Shown one piece after another: positions 28,300-32,000 of a stretch of 32,000 nucleotides of DNA. The notes below the pieces were generated by a model. The model was not told where the DNA came from and ran no database searches. It worked only from the letters and a program-made list of their open reading frames with translations. Source of the DNA: Vibrio alginolyticus NBRC 15630 = ATCC 17749 (lineage in GTDB: Bacteria; Pseudomonadota; Gammaproteobacteria; Enterobacterales; Vibrionaceae); NCBI RefSeq assembly GCF_000354175.2, contig NC_022349.1:3210001-3242000 (forward strand). The letters run 5' to 3'. Every line of letters starts with the position of its first letter. Within the stretch, counting starts at the first letter, position 1. Position numbers and translations under genes: made by a program.

Positions 28300-29946
28300 A
28301 TGGCTATGCACCCTCGTGCTGGGCAAAAAGCGCAGCAGGAAGATCTTCACAATATCCCAGCACTCGTTGCTAACTACTTCTTACTTCAACCAGACGCGGC
28401 AAACGCAGAACACAAAGTTCAATTTGGTACTTCTGGCCACCGCGGTACTGCAGACAAGCACACTTTTAACGAAAACCACATTTTAGCGATCGCTCAAGCG
28501 GTAGCAGAAGTTCGTGCTGAGCAAGGCACAATTGGCCCGTTGTTTGTGGGTAAAGACACGCATGCGCTATCTGAGCCTGCTTTCTCAAGTGTGATTGAAG
28601 TACTGATTGCAAACGGTGTGAAAGTGATTGTCCAACAAGACAACGGTTACACGCCAACACCGGGTATTTCACACGCGATTCTGACTTACAACATCAAACA
28701 CGATGAAAAAGCAGACGGTATCGTTATTACCCCATCACATAACCCACCACAAGACGGCGGTATCAAATACAATCCGACACATGGTGGTCCTGCAGAAGCT
28801 GAGTTGACTCAAGCTATCGAAGATCGTGCGAACGAATTGATTGCTGAAGGTTTACAAGGTGTTAAACGCCTACCACTAGCAGAAGCAAAAGCATCGGATC
28901 TGTTTGTAGAGATGGACTTGGTGAAGCCATACATTGATGACCTGGTGAACGTTATCGATATGGAAGCAATCCAAAAAGCGAACCTGAAGATTGGTGTAGA
29001 TCCATTGGGTGGCAGCGGTATCGATTACTGGCGTCAAATTGGTCAGGCATACAACCTAGACCTAACGCTAGTAAGTGAATCTATCGATCCTTCTTTCCAA
29101 TTCATGTCGCTAGATAAAGACGGCGTTGTGCGTATGGACTGTTCTTCTCCTTACGCAATGGCGGGTCTATTGGCACTGAAAGACGAATACGATTTAGCAT
29201 TTGGTAACGATCCTGACTACGACCGTCACGGTATCGTTACGCCAAAAGGTTTGATGAACCCGAACCACTTCTTAGCCGTTTGTATTGACTACTTGTACCG
29301 TCATCGTGACGAGTGGGGTAAAGATGTCGCTGTTGGTAAAACACTAGTTTCAAGTGCGCTGATTGACCGTGTTGTTGCGGATCTAGGTCGTGAGCTATGT
29401 GAAGTGCCTGTTGGTTTCAAATGGTTTGTAGACGGTCTGTACACTGGTAAGTTTGGTTTCGGCGGCGAAGAAAGTGCTGGTGCGTCTTTCCTTCGTAAAG
29501 ATGGCACGCCTTGGTCAACAGACAAAGATGGCATCTTGCTATGCCTTCTAGCAGCAGAGATCACTGCGGTAACGGGTAAGAACCCACAAGATTACTATGA
29601 AGAGCTAGCGGCGAAGCACGGTGAGTCGAAGTACAACCGTATTCAAGCTGTAGCAAATGGCCCACAAAAAGACGTATTGAAGAAGTTGTCACCAGAAATG
29701 GTTGCGGCTGAAACTCTAGCAGGTGATGAGATCACTGCTCGTCTAACGCATGCACCAGGCAATGGTGCTGCGATTGGTGGCCTTAAAGTAACGACAGCTA
29801 ACGGTTGGTTCGCTGCTCGTCCATCAGGCACAGAGGACATCTACAAGATTTACTGTGAAAGCTTCAAAGGTGAAGAACATCTGAAACAAATCGAAGCTGA
29901 AGCACAAGAGATCGTTAATCAAGTGTTTGCAGCCGCTGGTTTGTAA
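28300..29946 (+). CDS. pgm: Phosphoglucomutase (alpha-D-phosphohexomutase family)
   Basis: [16 protein letters not shown] parallels the E. coli Pgm start [32 protein letters not shown] contains the active-site Ser. I took the ATG at 28300 (AGGA 9 nt upstream). The track's GTG at 28240 lies inside the seqA terminator hairpin. Confidence 0.95.
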   Translation: MAMHPRAGQKAQQEDLHNIPALVANYFLLQPDAANAEHKVQFGTSGHRGTADKHTFNENHILAIAQAVAEVRAEQGTIGPLFVGKDTHALSEPAFSSVIEVLIANGVKVIVQQDNGYTPTPGISHAILTYNIKHDEKADGIVITPSHNPPQDGGIKYNPTHGGPAEAELTQAIEDRANELIAEGLQGVKRLPLAEAKASDLFVEMDLVKPYIDDLVNVIDMEAIQKANLKIGVDPLGGSGIDYWRQIGQAYNLDLTLVSESIDPSFQFMSLDKDGVVRMDCSSPYAMAGLLALKDEYDLAFGNDPDYDRHGIVTPKGLMNPNHFLAVCIDYLYRHRDEWGKDVAVGKTLVSSALIDRVVADLGRELCEVPVGFKWFVDGLYTGKFGFGGEESAGASFLRKDGTPWSTDKDGILLCLLAAEITAVTGKNPQDYYEELAAKHGESKYNRIQAVANGPQKDVLKKLSPEMVAAETLAGDEITARLTHAPGNGAAIGGLKVTTANGWFAARPSGTEDIYKIYCESFKGEEHLKQIEAEAQEIVNQVFAAAGL

Positions 29947-29972
29947 AACATCCAATGGTCAATGTATCTAGC

Positions 29973-30002
29973 AAAGGGTTGATGTGAAAACATCAACCCT
30001 TT
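29973..30002. terminator. Bidirectional terminator between pgm and the DUF1853 gene
   Basis: AAAGGGTTGATG-TGAAAA-CATCAACCCTTT between convergent genes. Confidence 0.75.
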
Positions 30003-30007
30003 CATGT

Positions 30008-30781
30008 TTAAGTGCCCCGAACCGCTTTATCTCCGGGCCATGAATCTGGTACCACAAACCAGAATTGACCGTCTTCCGTTTGTGCGTGTATGAATCGATC
30101 TAAAGGCTTTTCAATAGGTTGAGAGAAATCGTCTGTACCGATCGCCCAGCATGGTTTATGTAAATGATAAAGGGGTTTACCAATTAAATCCCATTGACTT
30201 TGATAGCACCAGTAACCACTAATCTGACTTGGATTTAATTCATAACCCAAGCACTCCTTAGGGGGTGGCTCTGGAGTAAACGGATTGATATAGAGTCGTC
30301 CTTGCATCATTAGGCGCTCTTGTGGGGCGTCGTTTAACGGAATTATTTTTTGAAATTCCGGGCGATCGCTCATTTTCAATTGATGAGTAAGCATTCTATT
30401 CAGTTTTGTATGCAGCTGGTCGTGAGCATTCGGACCATACCAAACGCCGTTATAAAGAAGATAAAACTTAATCGCCACTTCCCAGTGTTCTATTTGATTT
30501 GATTCTGTATTCCGCAACACCAAATCGACAGCACCAATGGTCTTACCTTCCGCGTCGTTTAACTGAATTTCTTCGGCAATAATCTGATATCGTTCTGAAT
30601 TAGAAAGAGCCGCAGTGCATAGGTGCTGATATAAAAAACCCAGCCTCGGATTACCATTGTATTGTTCTGAGCTATTCAAAGGTTTGACCGAGACATCTTC
30701 TAAGGTTGCAAACGGAGGGGTTAACTTGAAAAGCGGAGGTGAAGTGGCGATCCATTGGTAAAAGCGTTGCAGTTGGTTCAT
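30008..30781 (-). CDS. DUF1853-family protein, function unknown
   Basis: MNQLQRFYQWIATSPPLF...GAVDLVLRN...IEHWEVAIKFYL...WFVVPDSW matches my recollection of DUF1853. I took the ATG at 30781. The 47-codon N-terminal extension in the ORF track looks non-coding. Confidence 0.65.
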   Translation of the reverse strand: MNQLQRFYQWIATSPPLFKLTPPFATLEDVSVKPLNSSEQYNGNPRLGFLYQHLCTAALSNSERYQIIAEEIQLNDAEGKTIGAVDLVLRNTESNQIEHWEVAIKFYLLYNGVWYGPNAHDQLHTKLNRMLTHQLKMSDRPEFQKIIPLNDAPQERLMMQGRLYINPFTPEPPPKECLGYELNPSQISGYWCYQSQWDLIGKPLYHLHKPCWAIGTDDFSQPIEKPLDRFIHAQTEDGQFWFVVPDSWPGDKAVRGT

Positions 30782-31012
30782 CCGTATCCCTAAATTTATG
30801 GTGAGGCGACAAGCTTTGTTATTGTAACTAAATTTGCTTTTGAGGGTAGGGTGGCTAGCATCGATATTAGGGTTCGAGATACACTTTAAAGACCTAAATG
30901 ATATCAAGGTGCCAGATGTCAAAACGTTGTTGTATCAACTAGGTTGCACTCTTTCGTCTGATTCCATCGAGAGGTTATTTAGGTTTACATGCGCTAGAAA
31001 TTGGAAGTAATA

Positions 31013-31771
31013 ATGAATAACTTAAAGTTAGAACAGATTCTTAATGACAAACTGTCACCGCAGTTAATTAAAGATTACGCACCAAATGGGTTACAGGTAG
31101 AAGGGAAATCAGCGGTAAAGCGTGTTATCACTGGCGTAACCGCCTCTCAAGCCTTAATCGATAAAGCGATTGAGCTTAATGCAGACGCATTGCTTGTTCA
31201 TCATGGCTATTTTTGGAAAGGTGAGCCTGAGCCAATTCGTGGCATGAAAGGTAAACGAATTCGTAGCCTGATCAAAAATGATATCAACTTATATGGTTAT
31301 CACCTTCCTCTAGATATTCATCCAGAGCTAGGCAACAACGCTGAATTAGCTCGCTTACTTGAAATCGAAGTAGAAGGTGGGCTTGAAGGGCACCCTCAGT
31401 CAGTTGCTATGTTTGGGCGCTTGAAAAAGCCGATGTCTGGTGTTGAATTTGCGAGTAAGATCAACCAAGTTCTTGAAAGAGAGCCTCTGCATATCGCTCC
31501 AGAGAATACTGATAAGATGATTGAGACAGTCGGCTGGTGCACTGGTGGAGGGCAGGATTTCATTGAACTTGCTGTACAGCACGGGCTGGATGCATTTATC
31601 TCTGGAGAAATTTCAGAGCGCACCACTTATACCGCTCGTGAAATGGACATTCATTACTTTGCTGCAGGTCATCATGCTACTGAGCGTTATGGTGTTCAGG
31701 CCTTAGGCAAATGGCTAGCGGATGAATACGGCCTACATGTGGAGTTTATCGATATAGATAATCCGGTTTAA
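31013..31771 (+). CDS. ybgI: Nif3-family dinuclear-metal protein YbgI (GTP cyclohydrolase 1 type 2 homolog)
   Basis: MNNLKLEQILNDKLSPQLIKDYAPNGLQVEG parallels the E. coli YbgI N-terminus. VHHGYFW and GHHATERYG metal-binding motifs are present. I took the ATG at 31013 over the TTG at 31001. Confidence 0.9.
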   Translation: MNNLKLEQILNDKLSPQLIKDYAPNGLQVEGKSAVKRVITGVTASQALIDKAIELNADALLVHHGYFWKGEPEPIRGMKGKRIRSLIKNDINLYGYHLPLDIHPELGNNAELARLLEIEVEGGLEGHPQSVAMFGRLKKPMSGVEFASKINQVLEREPLHIAPENTDKMIETVGWCTGGGQDFIELAVQHGLDAFISGEISERTTYTAREMDIHYFAAGHHATERYGVQALGKWLADEYGLHVEFIDIDNPV

Positions 31772-31804
31772 CGTTCGCTATTCGTAACGTTAAGTGCTGA
31801 AAAG

Positions 31805-31841
31805 AAAAAGGGTTGAGACGAAAATCTCAACCCTTTTGTTT
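31805..31841. terminator. Bidirectional terminator between ybgI and gltA
   Basis: AAAAGGGTTGAGA-CGAAAA-TCTCAACCCTTTT followed by GTTTG. The genes are convergent. Confidence 0.75.
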
Positions 31842-31862
31842 GTCTATCTTCGTACTAAAAGA

Positions 31863-32000
31863 TCATTCACGTTCGTGAAGTGGAGAAAACTCACGTTGTG
31901 TTTCGCCAGTGTATAGCTGACGAGGACGACCAATGCGGTTCAGTGGATCGCTATGCATTTCGTTCCAGTGAGCAATCCAGCCGATGGTACGAGAAATCGC
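31863..32000 (-). CDS. gltA: Citrate synthase, C-terminal 45 codons (5' end lies outside the window)
   Basis: My manual reverse translation gives [45 protein letters not shown]. This parallels the E. coli GltA C-terminus (...GWIAHWSEMH...ARPRQLYTG...). It is not in the ORF track because it is shorter than 60 aa. Confidence 0.85.
   Translation of the reverse strand, partial: AISRTIGWIAHWNEMHSDPLNRIGRPRQLYTGETQREFSPLHERE

Overview
This window reads as conserved core chromosome of a Vibrio species. The ToxR/ToxS sequences and gene order suggest chromosome 1 of a Harveyi-clade-like vibrio, at roughly 45% GC by eye. I support 33 protein-coding genes, packed tightly and mostly separated by clear hairpin plus T-run terminators.

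Gene order, left to right:
- SDR oxidoreductase and a YfcH-like epimerase
- a four-gene operon: two DUF1538 membrane proteins, a PII-like protein and a CBS protein
- a small zinc-ribbon membrane protein, yfcE, an Rdx/SelW-like CxxC protein and a TauE/SafE permease
- toxS-toxR, divergent from htpG
- adk, hemH, a POT peptide permease, rfaH, asnB and a CPA2/RCK antiporter
- nagC-nagA, divergent from nagE
- glnS, fur, a DUF4442 hot-dog protein, fldA, DUF2788, ybfF, seqA, pgm, DUF1853, ybgI and the 3' end of gltA

Large parts mirror E. coli neighbourhoods (htpG-adk-hemH; asnB-nag-glnS-fur-fldA-ybfF-seqA-pgm...ybgI...gltA).

I found no rRNA or tRNA genes, CRISPR arrays, transposases, integrases, phage genes or recognisable defence or toxin cassettes. 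I see no compositional break that would suggest an island. By my reading this is an ordinary housekeeping region, not an accessory locus.

The only candidate for an undescribed system is the translationally coupled DUF1538-DUF1538-PII-like-CBS operon (2159-4425). It looks like a nucleotide- or metabolite-gated transporter of unknown substrate.

Secondary observations:
- a family of near-identical terminator hairpins with compensatory stem changes, bracketing the DUF1853/ybgI pair
- a structured convergent spacer between glnS and fur with a 15-bp tandem repeat
- a strong hairpin between seqA and pgm
- the toxS terminator lying over the possible start of the next gene
- recognisable sigma32, CRP and NagC-type sites

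All homology calls come from reading the translated ORFs by eye. No database search was run.
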